Positions 39,066 to 51,745 of a stretch of DNA of 64,000 nucleotides are shown piece by piece (position 1 is the stretch's first letter; each line of letters begins with the position of its first letter). This DNA is from Octopus vulgaris (Eukaryota): NCBI GenBank assembly GCA_951406725.2, contig OX597816.1, forward strand, positions 169,074,001 through 169,138,000, in the 5' to 3' direction. The notes beneath the pieces are model-generated. The model saw nothing but the letters and a program-made list of their open reading frames with translations. It ran no database searches and was not told where the DNA came from. The translations under genes were made by a program, and so were the position numbers.

Positions 39066-39680
39066 GGCGCAGGCGTAGATGTGTAGTAAGAAGTTTGCTT
39101 CTCAACCATATGGTTCCGGGTTCAGTCCCACTGCGTGTTACCTTAGGTTAGTATCTATTTCTTTACTACCCACAAGGGGCCAAACACAGAGGGGACAAAC
39201 AAGGACAGACAAACAGATTAAGTCGATTACATCGACCCAGTACATAACTGGTACTTAATTTATCGACCCCGAAAGGATGAAAGGCAAAGTCAACCTCGGC
39301 GGAATTTGAACTCAGAACGTGGTGGCAGACGAAGTACGGCTACGCATTTCGCCCGGCGTGCTAACGTTTCTGCCAGCTCGCCGCCTTTAGGTTAGTATCT
39401 TCTACTATAGTCTTGGACCGACCACAGCCTTGGGAGTGAATTTGGCAGAGAGCAACTGAAAGAAGCCCGTCGTATATATATCTACGTGCGCGTGGCTTTG
39501 CATCTGTGTTTGTTCCCCACTACTGCTTAACAACCGGTGTTGGCGAGTTTACGTTCGGCAAAAGAGATCGATAGAGGCTTAGAAAAAGAAAATAAGTACT
39601 AGGGGCGATTCATTCAACTAAAATTCCTTAAGGCGGTGCCCCAGCATGGCCGCAGTCTAATGATTGAAACAAGTGAAAGA
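39066..39680 (+). mobile_element. Diverged SINE family A copy interrupted by a family B SINE
   Basis: Head at 39066-39154; body resumes after 39387. Confidence 0.8.
39155..39386 (-). mobile_element. SINE family B, full length, with TSD
   Basis: TTAGGTTAGTATCT duplicated at 39143-39156 and 39387-39400. Confidence 0.9.
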
Positions 39681-39878
39681 TATTTCCTTATATCACGTAG
39701 CTTCAGACGTGGTTAAGAAGTTTGCTTAGAAACTTGATGTTTTCAGTTTCAATATGGGCCGATCCGACAAATGCTTTGTGAATAATTACGGGAGCTTGAA
39801 ACTTTGCGAAAGCACATCATGTGAGCACGTGCGTGCGTGCGCATGTATGTATGTATGTATGTATGTATGTATGTATGT

Positions 39879-40428
39879 CAGGTCACTTTCGAGTGCTACT
39901 GGTAACATGTAACCCAGTACAACCTGTTGCATGATCGGGTCGTGTGCGACTCAACTGGCAACCCCACCAAGCTTGCTTGGTGAGGAAGGTGTTTATTGGA
40001 CACCCTGCGGGATGAAAAACAAAACCCGTCAAAGGGCGGAGGAACTCTTGAGAGTCAACGGCCATCCTATAAATGTCTTAAGGCTGTATCATGCGCGGGG
40101 ACATAGAAATAATCGGACTGAATACCCGTTCGCGCGGTTAAACCATTGGGAGTGAAGGACTCCTAGCCTTTGTTAAGGCATCCTTCTAGGAGAATGTAAC
40201 TCTGGTAACTGGGATAACTCCGACATAAAACCTGCGGCTCAGTGGTTACCGATGATGTTGACTTGTTCTTCTTTTCGGATTATGGCTGCTGTTGCTTAGT
40301 GAGTGGGATTGACTCAGTGCACAGCCTTTCCTCACTTTAAAAAAATCTTCTTGCACAGGCATTGCACGATAACAACATTGATTAAGCTTCGTGCAATGGC
40401 CATACTCGATAACGAGGGGGCAGCCACC
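39879..40428 (+). mobile_element. Probable non-autonomous RTE-derived element in (TATG)n
   Basis: No long ORF; ends ACTCGATAACGAGGGGGCAGCCACC then (ATGT)n; (ATGT)n upstream as well. Confidence 0.55.
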
Positions 40429-40777
40429 ATGTATGTATGTATGTATGTATGTATGTATGTATGTATGTATGTATGTATGTATGTATGTATGAAACTGATC
40501 TTTCTTGTAGAAGGCAAATGAAGGTTTCGCAATTTCTTGCTGAATAATCTGCACATATGATATGATTATAATGATCAAAATATGATTATAATGATGAAAA
40601 GGTTCACCATGACTAGTTTCATTAAGATCTTCTTGATCAGGGCTGACCTTGGGTGCAACAATCACTTTTTCCAGAACCTTTGGTTCCAAAGCTTTTTTCC
40701 GGATTACTGTTTTTTTTTCTGAACCAGGGACGGTCACCACCATGTTAAACAAATATTAATATATTTACTTAAATAAA

Positions 40778-40990
40778 AGCGGTAGAGTGGTTAAAGCGTT
40801 AGCTCGCCGGGGAAAATTCTTGGTGACATTTCGTCCGTCTTTAAATTTTGAGTTCAAATTCCATCGAGTTCGACTTTGCTTTTCATCTTTTCGGAGTCGA
40901 TAAAATAAGTATCAGTTTCGCACTGGGATCGATGCAATCGACTTACCCCTACCCTTGAAATTGCTGGCCTCGTACCAAAATTTGAAACCA
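40778..40990 (+). mobile_element. SINE family C (family B head and core with GCTGGCCT.GT.CCAAAATTTGAAA tail)
   Basis: Relatives near 2660-2845, 7690-7990, 55425-55805, 60325-60515 and 62845-63048. Confidence 0.75.
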
Positions 40991-41848
40991 ATGTATTTTC
41001 TTAAATAATTAAAAATGAAATGCAGTTACCTGTACGTTGGTATAAACGATACAAGTTTATTAATACTGTACTGTGAAACAGGCCCACACAGTTAAATAAT
41101 CAGGCGGCCTCAGGAATTTCAAATGACTGCTCGTAAATTAGTGTGAATTATAAGAAATTCCAGAGCACCAGTGTTCCTCAAAGTCCTAAAAGTCTATGCT
41201 GTACTTGTATATTAGTTTCGTTTCGCTTGGCACAAAATGTTCGGTTCTCGAAAGGAATAAACATGAAATTGTGATATTCAAACCTGACCTCAGACCATTA
41301 ATAACGAACGTTTTTCAAGCAGGAGTTGGGACATCTTAATGTTAGGCTCTCTACCAAATTATCGTTAGCTATACAGTTCTTGTCAACAAATAATCATATA
41401 ATTATGTAATATAGATGCAAAAACTATAGTAATTAAACGCTCCAATAATTTATAAACGTTATCACCCAACATTACATCGTTTCGTTGATTTATGATATCA
41501 AAATAAAGATTTTTCAGAATATTAAAAAGAAAATAATAAGTATGTAAATAAATGTTGCGATGTAATTATCTTCCAGGTCAATTATCTTTTTCCGATATTT
41601 TTCTTCAAACGGTTATTATGGTTATATTAGAACCAAATCGAATTTCGAGAGCAAGGTGGGCGTTTTTTTTTTTCACTTATTATATCGCTAAAATTAGTTT
41701 CTGTCAGATTGTATATGGATTAAGAAGTTAATTAATATCATTTATCTCCCTCACCTCACAATTTAAACTTTATTTCTCATTCATAGCTCATCAATTTCCG
41801 CATTAAGGACCTTGCGTAATCCATCCTCAAAACTGTTTCCCTCTAGAA

Positions 41849-41995
41849 CAAGCATGGGCAACCTGTCTTGAGAAGTGGACCACATAAGACATGACTCATC
41901 ATCGGGTGGGTTACACTACTAAGAAAGATTGAAGAAAATTTTTCGTTATGCGTGCCACTTAGAAAGTCTTGTGGGCCGCATTTTGCCCGTGATTG
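41849..41995. mobile_element. hAT/Charlie-like MITE
   Basis: Imperfect TIRs CAAGCATGGGCAA / TTGCCCGTGATTG flanked by CTCTAGAA and TTCTAGTA. Confidence 0.6.
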
Positions 41996-43207
41996 TTCTA
42001 GTACTCCCTTAAAGACCCGCGTGTGTAGTACTATAATCACGAATCAGCAGATATTTAAGCTGAATATTGAACTGCTTCGATCTCACCTGTTTCAAAGATC
42101 CTGGTTAAGGCATGTGTATTGCCACACTTTCCTGATTAAAAACACCCTCTCATCTTATCCCCAGTCACTACTCTAAACGTTTCACCCAAACTTTTCTTTT
42201 CTTCTCAATGAATGCATTTAAACATTCAGACTAAACATTATTTATATTAATTCCATTTATGCCTAAATTTCTGAAATGTGTTATGTTGAAGATGATAAAT
42301 TTTTGACTACTAAGCTCATCCCCAGAACCCTTTTCATGGTATTTACATTAAGTTTCTCTCATTTCAATCTCTGATCATCATCATATATTCTTGAATATAT
42401 GAATTGTTCCAGCAGGATTCGAAACAGAGACCTTTACTTTTAAACGAATGGTAGTGATGTTTTCTTCTCACTCAGATGTGACTTTGTCATTCAAAACTGT
42501 ACTGCTAGTCATCGAAGAGTAGTGGATAACAATGATACTTCCTCCTTTTATTTCGAAATAAAGGTTCCTAGTTCAAATCCAGCCAATGTATGCACATTCG
42601 TACGTAACCAAAAATAAATACTTGCTAACTGTCTGAGCTCGAACAGATCGAAACAAAATACCAATGTAAATATAAGTAGTTGTAAATCAGGTGAGTTTAA
42701 TTACAATTAGTCATACATATTCTATAAGACAATATTGAAGAAAGAACTAAAGATCCTTTTCCTCCTTTTCAGATAATCAATGAAAACTATAGAAAAATTC
42801 GATAAGCTCAATTGATATGAAGAGAGAATGGTGCTGTCGCTTTAGCAAGTTAATGGGCAAATATAAAATATAATTCTAATGCTTCATCGATGCCCTAGAA
42901 TGTAAAACTCTCCTCAGTTCTGAGAGGGTACTGAAAATCAGGAATTAGTTTTGATTCTTTGGTTGAAGTAAGTGGGTGAAAAATATATACAGTTCTTTGG
43001 ATAGGATAACAGACCATCTCAGATCAAATTTTCAAAAGCTCTGCTACCTATTTCCTTCACTTTTGAATTGATGTACATTAAGACGAAGGTTCCTGTTCAG
43101 AACACAGCAGAATGTTTTTAGCGGATTAGAACTATTAACTCATGAATTCATAATACAACAAAGTATTTATCTTCTTACAAAGGAAGTTCTTTTTTCTTCT
43201 TTTTTTT

Positions 43208-43638
43208 TCTTTTTACTTATTTCAGTCATTTGACTGCGGCCATGCTGGAGCACCATCTTTAGTCGAACAAATCGACCCCAGGACTTATTCTTTGTAAGCC
43301 TGGTACTTATTCTATCGGTCTCTTGTGTCGAACCGCCAATTTACGAGGACGTAAACACACTAGCATCAGTTGTTAAGCGATGTTGGGGGGGGGGTAAACA
43401 CAGACACACAAGCATATGCACATACACACACACACACACAACACACAACACACACATATATATATATATATATACGACGAGCTTCTTTCAGTTTCCGTCT
43501 ACCAAATCCACTCACAAGGCTTTGGTCGGCCTGAAGCTACAGTAGAAGACACTTGCCCAAGGCGCCACGCTGTGGGACTGAACCCAGAACCATGTGGTTG
43601 GTAAGCAAGCTACTTACCACACAGCCACTCCTGCGCCT
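43208..43638 (-). mobile_element. SINE family A
   Basis: Full reverse-complement copy. Confidence 0.9.
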
Positions 43639-44376
43639 GTTATTCAGAATCGCTACATTCTTGATTAGAATTTTCTGGTTGCATCAAAACTTTGGTCATT
43701 AAAAGAGTAAGTATTGTTATCAAGTGTACTTAGAGATTTTGTTTATTGGATTAGGCGTCTATATAACTGATTAGCTTTTTATCACATCTCTAAAATTTTG
43801 CATTGTATTGTTGAAATGTTATATAAAAATTAAAGCTCTTCACATCGTCTGAAAACAGAGCGTAATTGTTAAAAACAAAGATTATAATTTCAGTTGCCAT
43901 CATAAATGGAAATGGAAATTCTCCTTCGTTGAGTAAATCATGTATATTTACTCAGTTTCACAAGAGGCTATCAATATAATTCCTAAATTCTGATTGGTGT
44001 TAGATTTTTGTGTCTGATTCGAGAATTAAGATAATTAGGTATGTTAGAAAAACTATTGACTTCATTTGGTGACCCTGAAGAGCACTAGCGTAGATAGCAA
44101 AGTCTGTCTCCTTGGTAACGTACATAAAAATGCTACAATGTCATTAAATATTAAAGAAATCACTGAATGCAGATTACTATTCATTAGTAAATATATTACA
44201 CAAACGCCCGTGCGCACGCACAAACAAACACGCTTCTGATAGAATTCTCTTTTCTGTAATGTAGTATTTGAACGGTGACGGAGCTCCGAATAAATAGCAA
44301 GGCTGATGCGCTTTCTAATCGGCGCTTCTCAAGAGGATAGATGTTGAATACCGAATTGTCCTTAGCATATGACTAG

Positions 44377-44792
44377 GGATCTTTTCGGTTTGAACGGCAG
44401 TTTCTTCTAGCGGTGTCATATGAGATTGTCACCCATAATTATGACCCTAGAATCGATCTATTGCATTTCAATCTCTTTTAGGGTTAGGGTTAGGGTTAGG
44501 GGTGGAGGAAGGGTATCTTTTTTTCTTCACAAATGTAAATAAACCCAATCTGTTTCTTAAACGAGGGACATATTCATACGGCACAGAATGTTTTTTTTTA
44601 ACTCAATAGACGTCACTGATTGGTTGAAATTGCAGAAATTGAAGAAAAAAAAACAACAAATATCTTACAAACTATAGAATTTTCTCAATAAAGCCAAGAG
44701 AAAAAGATGTTTTATAAACACATTCTACCAGTATACGAAGTTTAACATTTTTTAGTTACCTAGAAATTATGTTAAAAACTGCCGTTCAAACC
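44377..44792. mobile_element. Second copy of the 3361-3783 MITE, right TIR truncated
   Basis: Colinear high similarity; last 10 bp of the right TIR are missing. Confidence 0.88.
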
Positions 44793-44936
44793 AATAGAAC
44801 AAATAACTGCAAAGTCGCCTGAGTTACGAGGTTATAATATTTCGATTTTCCGATCATATCTCAAGAAATCAGAAGTTTATTGAGATTCATTGTTTGATTT
44901 AGAGTAGAACAAGTGAATTTAACAAAGTTTATATTA

Positions 44937-46420
44937 ATGCAAAGACAACCTTCGATTACATTGGCATAAAAGAAAAGGATTAATATTGGCCATTAATAAG
45001 ATAAACGCGAATTCAGTAACGTTTTCCCAGTTATTCTCAAAGACATGGAAGAAAGCTCTCACAAGACCACTGCAGGTACATTTCCCGAGTTTCCAGGACT
45101 TTAAAAGAAGGTAATCCTATGTCCTTTCCACATAAGAAAGAACTGCCTTGCACAGCTACCACAGCATTATGAACCGTTCAAATGTGGATGTGATGTATCT
45201 TAAATTTTGCCAAGGCCTTCGACAAAGTCGATTTTAGGATGATATATCACAAACTGAGTGGCCTTCGTATCACTGGAAAACTAGGGGAGTGGCAGCACAA
45301 CTTTTTAAAAGATAGGAGTGTGATAATCGCAGTCTATGGTACTCTCTTCGAAGAGACATCAATTTTCAGCGTAGTCCCTCAGTGAACTATACTAGGACCA
45401 TTACTTTTTGTGGTGGTTCTCTAAAGCATGTTTCAATCATACTGTCAGTCAATCTTACCAGCTATGCTGATGATCTAAAAGTATCACGAACAGTCAAGGA
45501 CCCTGGTGATACCTCAATGCGACAGAAAAACCTGAAAGCAATATACAAGTTTTTTTTACAAAAAAAAAAAGAAAAAAAGCCCAACAATATGCAGTTCAAT
45601 GTCACCAAATTTCAAGCACTCTGCTATGGAACCACGAACAGAATGTAATATGATAATATGAAAGAGCAGAGCGTATTGCAGTCCTGGAGTCAGAGTCGGT
45701 GCGTGACTTAGGAATCCACATGAATGGCGATGCGTCATTCCGTGCGTATAATACTAAGATGGCAACAATCTACAGGTGACCGACTGGCTGGCTTAATTCT
45801 AAGATCATTCAGAACATGGAAAATGGAAACCATTTGCTCCTATGGAGAGAACATTCGTTCGCAGTCGTCCGGACTACTGCTACCAATTATGGTCGCCACA
45901 AAGCGTCAAACTAACAACTCAACTCTGGGTAATCCGTTTAAGATTGCCTCGGTGCAGCAGATGAGCTCCTAGGAGAGGCTAAAGAACGAAGGCGCTTCTC
46001 CCTAGAGAGGAGATGCGAAGAATATGCAGTGGTATATAAATGCAAGATCCTGGGAAGTCTAGCACCCAACTTTGGGATTGAAAGCTATAGAAATCACTAG
46101 GTGTCACTCCATTGTTCAAAACATCATAAACTCTCCAACCAGGGTCACACATTTTTGATACCTTACCAAAAGGCCTTAGAAATCTACGAAGGGCAGATGC
46201 GGATGTATTCAAAGAAGATATAGTCAAAATTTAACCCGAGATACGTTTGAACCAGCATCGCAGAAACAAAGAGCAGTTTTGTTCATCTCGCTACTTCACC
46301 AAAACCGATTTCTGAGATAGGATCAGGAAATGAGTCTAAAATAAACAAGCATTAACGCGAATGGGAGTGCCCCAGCATGGTGACAGCTTCTGGCTGAAAC
46401 CAGTAAAAGAAGAAAAGAAT
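44937..46420 (+). pseudogene. Degenerate CR1/L2-group LINE through to its 3' end
   Basis: VDVMYL-FAKAFDKVD, VVPQ, SYADDLK and NNMQFNVTKFQ; ends GTGCCCCAGCATGG...CTGAAACCAGTAAAAGA. Confidence 0.85.
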
Positions 46421-46428
46421 ATTTTACA

Positions 46429-46596
46429 GAGCGCAGGAGTGGCTGTGTGGTAAGTAGCTTGCTTATGAACTACATGGTTCCGGGTTCAGTCCCACTGCGT
46501 GGCATCTTGGGCAAATGTCTTCTACTATAGCCTCCGGCCGACCAAAGCCTTGTGAGTGGATTTGGTAGAAGGAAACTGAAAGAAGCCTGTCGTATG

Positions 46597-46683
<87 letters not shown>

Positions 46684-46975
46684 TGTTTGTGTGTCTGTGT
46701 TTGTCCCCCTAGCATTGTTTGACAACCGATGCTGGTGTGTTTACGTCCCCGTCACTTAGCCATGATATCTTATTAAAAAAGTATTTATATATAAAGACGA
46801 ATATCTCATTAATGTTATAGCAATATATCAACGGTTCGTCAAAAAGAGACCGATAGAATAAGTACTGGGCTTACAAAAGAATAAGTCCCCGGGGTCGATT
46901 TGCTCGACTAAGAGGTGGTGCTCCAGCATGGCCGCAGTCAAATGACTGAAATAAGTAAAAGCAAGTAAGTAAGTA
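46429..46975 (+). mobile_element. SINE family A with a 72-bp internal insertion
   Basis: Consensus CTTAGC|GGTTCG is split by 46761-46832. Confidence 0.88.
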
Positions 46976-47230
46976 AGAGCATGCTTATATAGAAAAGTTT
47001 CACAATAGTTACCATGGAAATGATTAAGAACTGAAATACGCCCAAATAGTTCTGAATAACCAGGTCGAGAAAGAAATGGAAAACCAGCTGAAGAGTGCTG
47101 CGATGCATAGTTCATTGCTCGTGCTTTCTCACGTTGCATGCGTTCTCTTTTCACTTTTGACGTCAGGAATGCAGTGACTAAATACTACAGCAGTTGGAAG
47201 CTTGTAACCATAGGAGCTATTGTTCACAAA

Positions 47231-47615
47231 TCTTTATATATAAAAGTGAGGTTGTGTGGTGTCTGTCTCCTACGATTTAGATTCCTAACTACTCCCACAT
47301 TTTGCGGTGCAGTGTAACCAAAACCGGGTATCTTATAGTCGTGATTCATATCGAGCCCTTCTGGATATTAGCGCGCGTCTACGATGAGTCTACGATTTAA
47401 AAAAAAATTTACCATCATTTTTTTCCATTTTAATGCATTTTTTCGCTATTATATAAGGGAAGTAACTCTCTAAAAATGTCTACGATGAGTCAACGATTTA
47501 AAAAAAAAATTAATTTTTAATGCATTTTTTTGCTATTTTTTGGCTATAACTCTCTAAAAATGCTTATATAGTTATTTCCCTTACAAACCCGAGCAACGCC
47601 GGGCGATACTGCTAG
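47231..47615 (+). mobile_element. Non-autonomous Helitron
   Basis: A|TC...CTAG|T with hairpin. Confidence 0.88.
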
Positions 47616-48207
47616 TTGTGATATAAAATAAATTTAATAAAATAAATAGTCAGGAAAAAAGTATTAAACCTTACGTTTCACATAACTTCACAAAAACCCT
47701 ACAGGTTACCAAATTTCAGATATTATTTTGGTGATAACAGCTCTCAAAGCTGTTGCAGTATATCAGAATACAATATTGCGTTAACGTGTTGCGAAGTCAT
47801 GATATCTTATTAAAAAAAGTATTTATATATAAAGACGAATATCTCATTAATGTTACAACAATATATCAACTTATGATATTCCTTCGACTCTGGAGATATA
47901 AATCAAAAACTAGATATCTTACCAATAATATAGCTGTACATCGATTCCTCATATTCTTAGCAAAACAGTAGTATATATAATTTCGATACTTGTACGATTC
48001 AATAGGCAACGATCATAATTCTCCCCAAATGGTGTACGCTATTAACTTTGTAATACAAATGGCTAAGAAATACCGAGTGGTTATCAGCAGTGACAGCTCT
48101 TTAAAGTGATATGCAAGGGAAAAGTTTGCCAGCCTAAGGTCAAAACTGAGCATGGTTAAAAAAAGCAAAGAACATAAAACTATTGCAGTATAAACTTTAG
48201 TTTAGAG

Positions 48208-48525
48208 TCAGACCGGGCGTTGTGAGTGTTTATTGAGCGAAAACACCTAAAGCTCCACGAGGCTCTGTCAGGGATGGTGGTGGTCCCTGCTGTACTCTTT
48301 CACCACAACTTTCTCTCACTCTTTCTTCCTGTTTCTGTTGTACCTGTATTTCAAAGGGCCGGCCTTAGTCACTCTCTGTGTCACGCTGAATATCCCCGAG
48401 AACTGCTTTAAGGGTACACGTGTCTGTGGAGTGCTCAGCCACTTACACGTTAATTTTACGAGCAGGCTGTTCCGTTGATCGGATCAACCGGAACCCTCGT
48501 CGTCGTAACCGACGGAGTGCTTCCA
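48208..48525 (+). mobile_element. 5'-truncated SINE, same family as 1397-1778
   Basis: Near-identical body through GTAACCGACGGAGTGCTTCCA. Confidence 0.85.
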
Positions 48526-49479
48526 ACCAGTTTAGAGTCCTATCAATCGGCTCAGTCCACCGAGTCATCTGTATCAGATGCAAAATGTGGTTACAACTAC
48601 GGACAGAATTCGATGGCTGTGCTTTTGTTATGTATTTTTATTCATCTTTTATCATTCTTCACATGATGACTACATGAGTTAGGTCGCGTCATGCTACGAG
48701 TTTCGTTAGGAAAATAATTCGATGACTCCTGTTCCTTTTCCTGGTATGTTTAGACGTTTGCTTCATTGTTAAAAGTTCTGCTTTTGTTGTTACTCATTTT
48801 AATAATTCTGCTTAATACTAACACCCACTGCTCATGCAGTAAACTGGACCAATGAGGGAGAAAAGCTTTTGTCGGTCAACAAACTCCCGGATTAATTAAT
48901 ACCAGCATCAGTTACCTGTCAAGTAACACAGCAAAAATAACGAAAATCATTGGTTAATGAATTTGAAAATCGATCCTTAATTACAGTGAATGGAAATGGT
49001 GCGAAAGCTTAATTAATAACAAGCTGTGATTGTTTAACCACGAGCTTGAGTACATTTATTATAAAAGGCATTCAAATCATGAACCTTCTTCGTCTTTGCT
49101 CCTCGGGATTTGTGAATTCCAGACAATATTATCGGATGTATTGTTTCTTAACCCGCCGGTGGTGCAGTGGGGTATCTCATATCCCAGGTGATGTTTATAT
49201 CTTACATTTGCCAGTAGTGATAGTGCTATCCGTCCATGTAATTTCTTGGAACACTCCACTGAGTTAATCCACAACTCCACTCAGTTACTTGCTGAGTGAT
49301 GAGAAGTGTACACACGTGTCATTTGTGTCCGGGGTTGTGCATATCCCACCATACCATCCACTGTACTATTTATTTTTTTTGTTTTCTTTTCTTTATTATT
49401 GTTTATTTTACTCATTTTTATATCTGAGAGGCTGATTATTTCTCGCATAAAATTATATATATTATTGTCAATTGACCAA

Positions 49480-50086
49480 CAATTTTTTTTGGCTGTGGAT
49501 CTTATTTGTATCATTCACAAAATCAGCCGAATTTAATTTTGTTCAGATTGTTTTCAAATCTGGTGTATCGATGCAGTTCTGAATGGTGATTACGCTCAAC
49601 TAATTGCTTTATCTCGTAAAGTAAGAATCTGATGTTATTTGGAATCAAAGTTTGGAAAATTTGGGTAATTTTAGCCAATCAACAGACAGCGAGGCATTAA
49701 CAGCTAGTTACCATGATAACCGCACGTTGTGTTGATTCTTCACACAACGAGATTCACTTCACCAGCACGTTTTGTTTGTGTATATCACTGGTTTTTTGTA
49801 ATTTTTCTGAAAAAATTATATTTATCAATTAGAATTTTATTGTAGATATTTTTCGTCCATTGTTCTAGTATTTTACATTTTTTCATATATTGTTGATAAT
49901 ATATTTTACATATATTAGGCGTAGGAGTGGCCGTGTGGTAAGTAGCTTGCTAACCAACCACATGGTTGCATGTTCAGTCCCACTGCGTGGCATCTTGGGC
50001 AAGTGTCTTCTGCTATAGCCCCGGGCCAACCAATGCCTTGTGAGTGGATTTGGTAGACGGAAACTGAAAGAAGCCTGTCGTATATA

Positions 50087-50147
<61 letters not shown>

Positions 50148-51030
50148 ATGTGTGTCTGTGTTTGTCCCCCTAGCATTGCTTGACAACCGATGCTGGTGTG
50201 TTTACGTCCCCGTCACTTAGCGGTTCGGCAAAAGAGACCGATAGAATAAGTACTGGGCTTACAAAGAATAAGTCCCGGGGTCGATTTGATCGACTAGAGG
50301 CGGTGCTCCAGCATGGCCGCAGTTAAATGACTGAAACAAGTAAAAGAGTAAAGAGTAATGAGAGCATATTTCGCGACGTTTTTCTATGGCGCAGTTCCAG
50401 TCCCATCCATCAAGAGATCACGTTCCTGTAGAAGAAGCCTGTTTGACCAGCAGAAGCCAAATGCCACTCAAAGAAAGGATTGTTGATCAGTAACATTGCA
50501 GAAGGATTGAAAAGCGTCTTGAACGAATCCCACCTGTGGGGCGCAATCTCAATGATTATTGCTGATACGACGAGTGTGAATACAGGACGAAAGAGTGGGG
50601 TAGTGGTTAAATTGCAGAGAATGTTCTTTAGCAAAAGCTATGACAAGTCACAATTCGTGAGCTGCCAACACCATGTCTTGGACAGAATCCTGTACACTGT
50701 TATGGATGAGGAGCTAGCAGGCGCAAGCAATTCACCCAACATCGAATATTTTCTTGTCAAAGAACTCATGACAAGTTATGAAGAACTCTAAAACTCCTTC
50801 CAGGATGGAACTCATGTCATTGAATATCAAGTTGGTTGGAGAGATGATAAGAAGTTTCTGTTCCACTTAACATGTGCCTTCAAGTTCTTCCATGAAAAAG
50901 GAGAAATACCTTTCATCAAGTTTCAAAATATTCCGATCATTCAGAACTGCATCGATACACCAAATTGGGAAATAATCTGAGCAAAATTAAAGGGGGCTGA
51001 TTTTGTGAATGAAATAAACTAGATTTTTTT
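49480..51030 (+). mobile_element. DNA transposon relic (hAT-like DDE/CxxH transposase fragment) with ~90-bp inverted segments
   Basis: ORF 50480-50791 has DTTSVNTG...SCQHHVLD; 49480-49585 is the inverse of 50937-51030. Confidence 0.65.
49918..50357 (+). mobile_element. SINE family A
   Basis: Full copy nested in a DNA transposon relic. Confidence 0.9.
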
Positions 51031-51041
51031 GTTGTTATTAG

Positions 51042-51745
51042 ATGCAGAGACAACCTTCGATTACATTGACATAAAAGAAAAGGATTAATATTGGCCATTA
51101 ATAAGATAAACGCGAATTCAGCAACTGCTCCTGATGGTTTTCCCAGTTATTCTCAAAGACATAGAAGAAAGCTCTCACAAGACCACTGCAGGTACATTTC
51201 CCGAGTTTCCTCGCATGTGACAAATTTTCCAGGACTTTAAAAGAAGGTAATCCTATGTCCTTTCCACATAAGAAAGAACTGCCTTGCACAGCTACCACAG
51301 CATTATGAACCGTTCAAATGTGGATGTGATGTATCTTAACTTTGTCAAGGCCTTCGACAAAGTCGATTGTAGGATGATATATCACAAACTGAGAGGCCTT
51401 CGTATCACTGGAAAACTAGGGGAGTGGCAGCACAACTTTGTAAAAGATAAGTGTGTGATAATCGCAGTCTATGGTACTCTCTTCGAAGAGACATCAATTT
51501 TCAGCGTAGTCCCTCAGTGAACTATACTGGGACCATTACCTTTTGTGGTGGTTCTCTAAAGCATGTTTCAGTCATACTGTCAGTCAATCTTACCAGCTAT
51601 GCTGATGATCTAAAAGTATCACGAACAGTCAAGGACCCTGGTGATACCTCAATACGACAGAAAAACCTGAAAGCAATATACAAGTTTTTTTTTTTGCAAG
51701 GCCTTTGACAGATGATATGTCACAAACTGAGAGGCCTTCGTATCT
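51042..51745 (+). pseudogene. Duplicate of CR1-like RT segment 44937-45557
   Basis: Near-identical ~650 bp, including the same in-frame stop after VVPQ. Confidence 0.88.
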
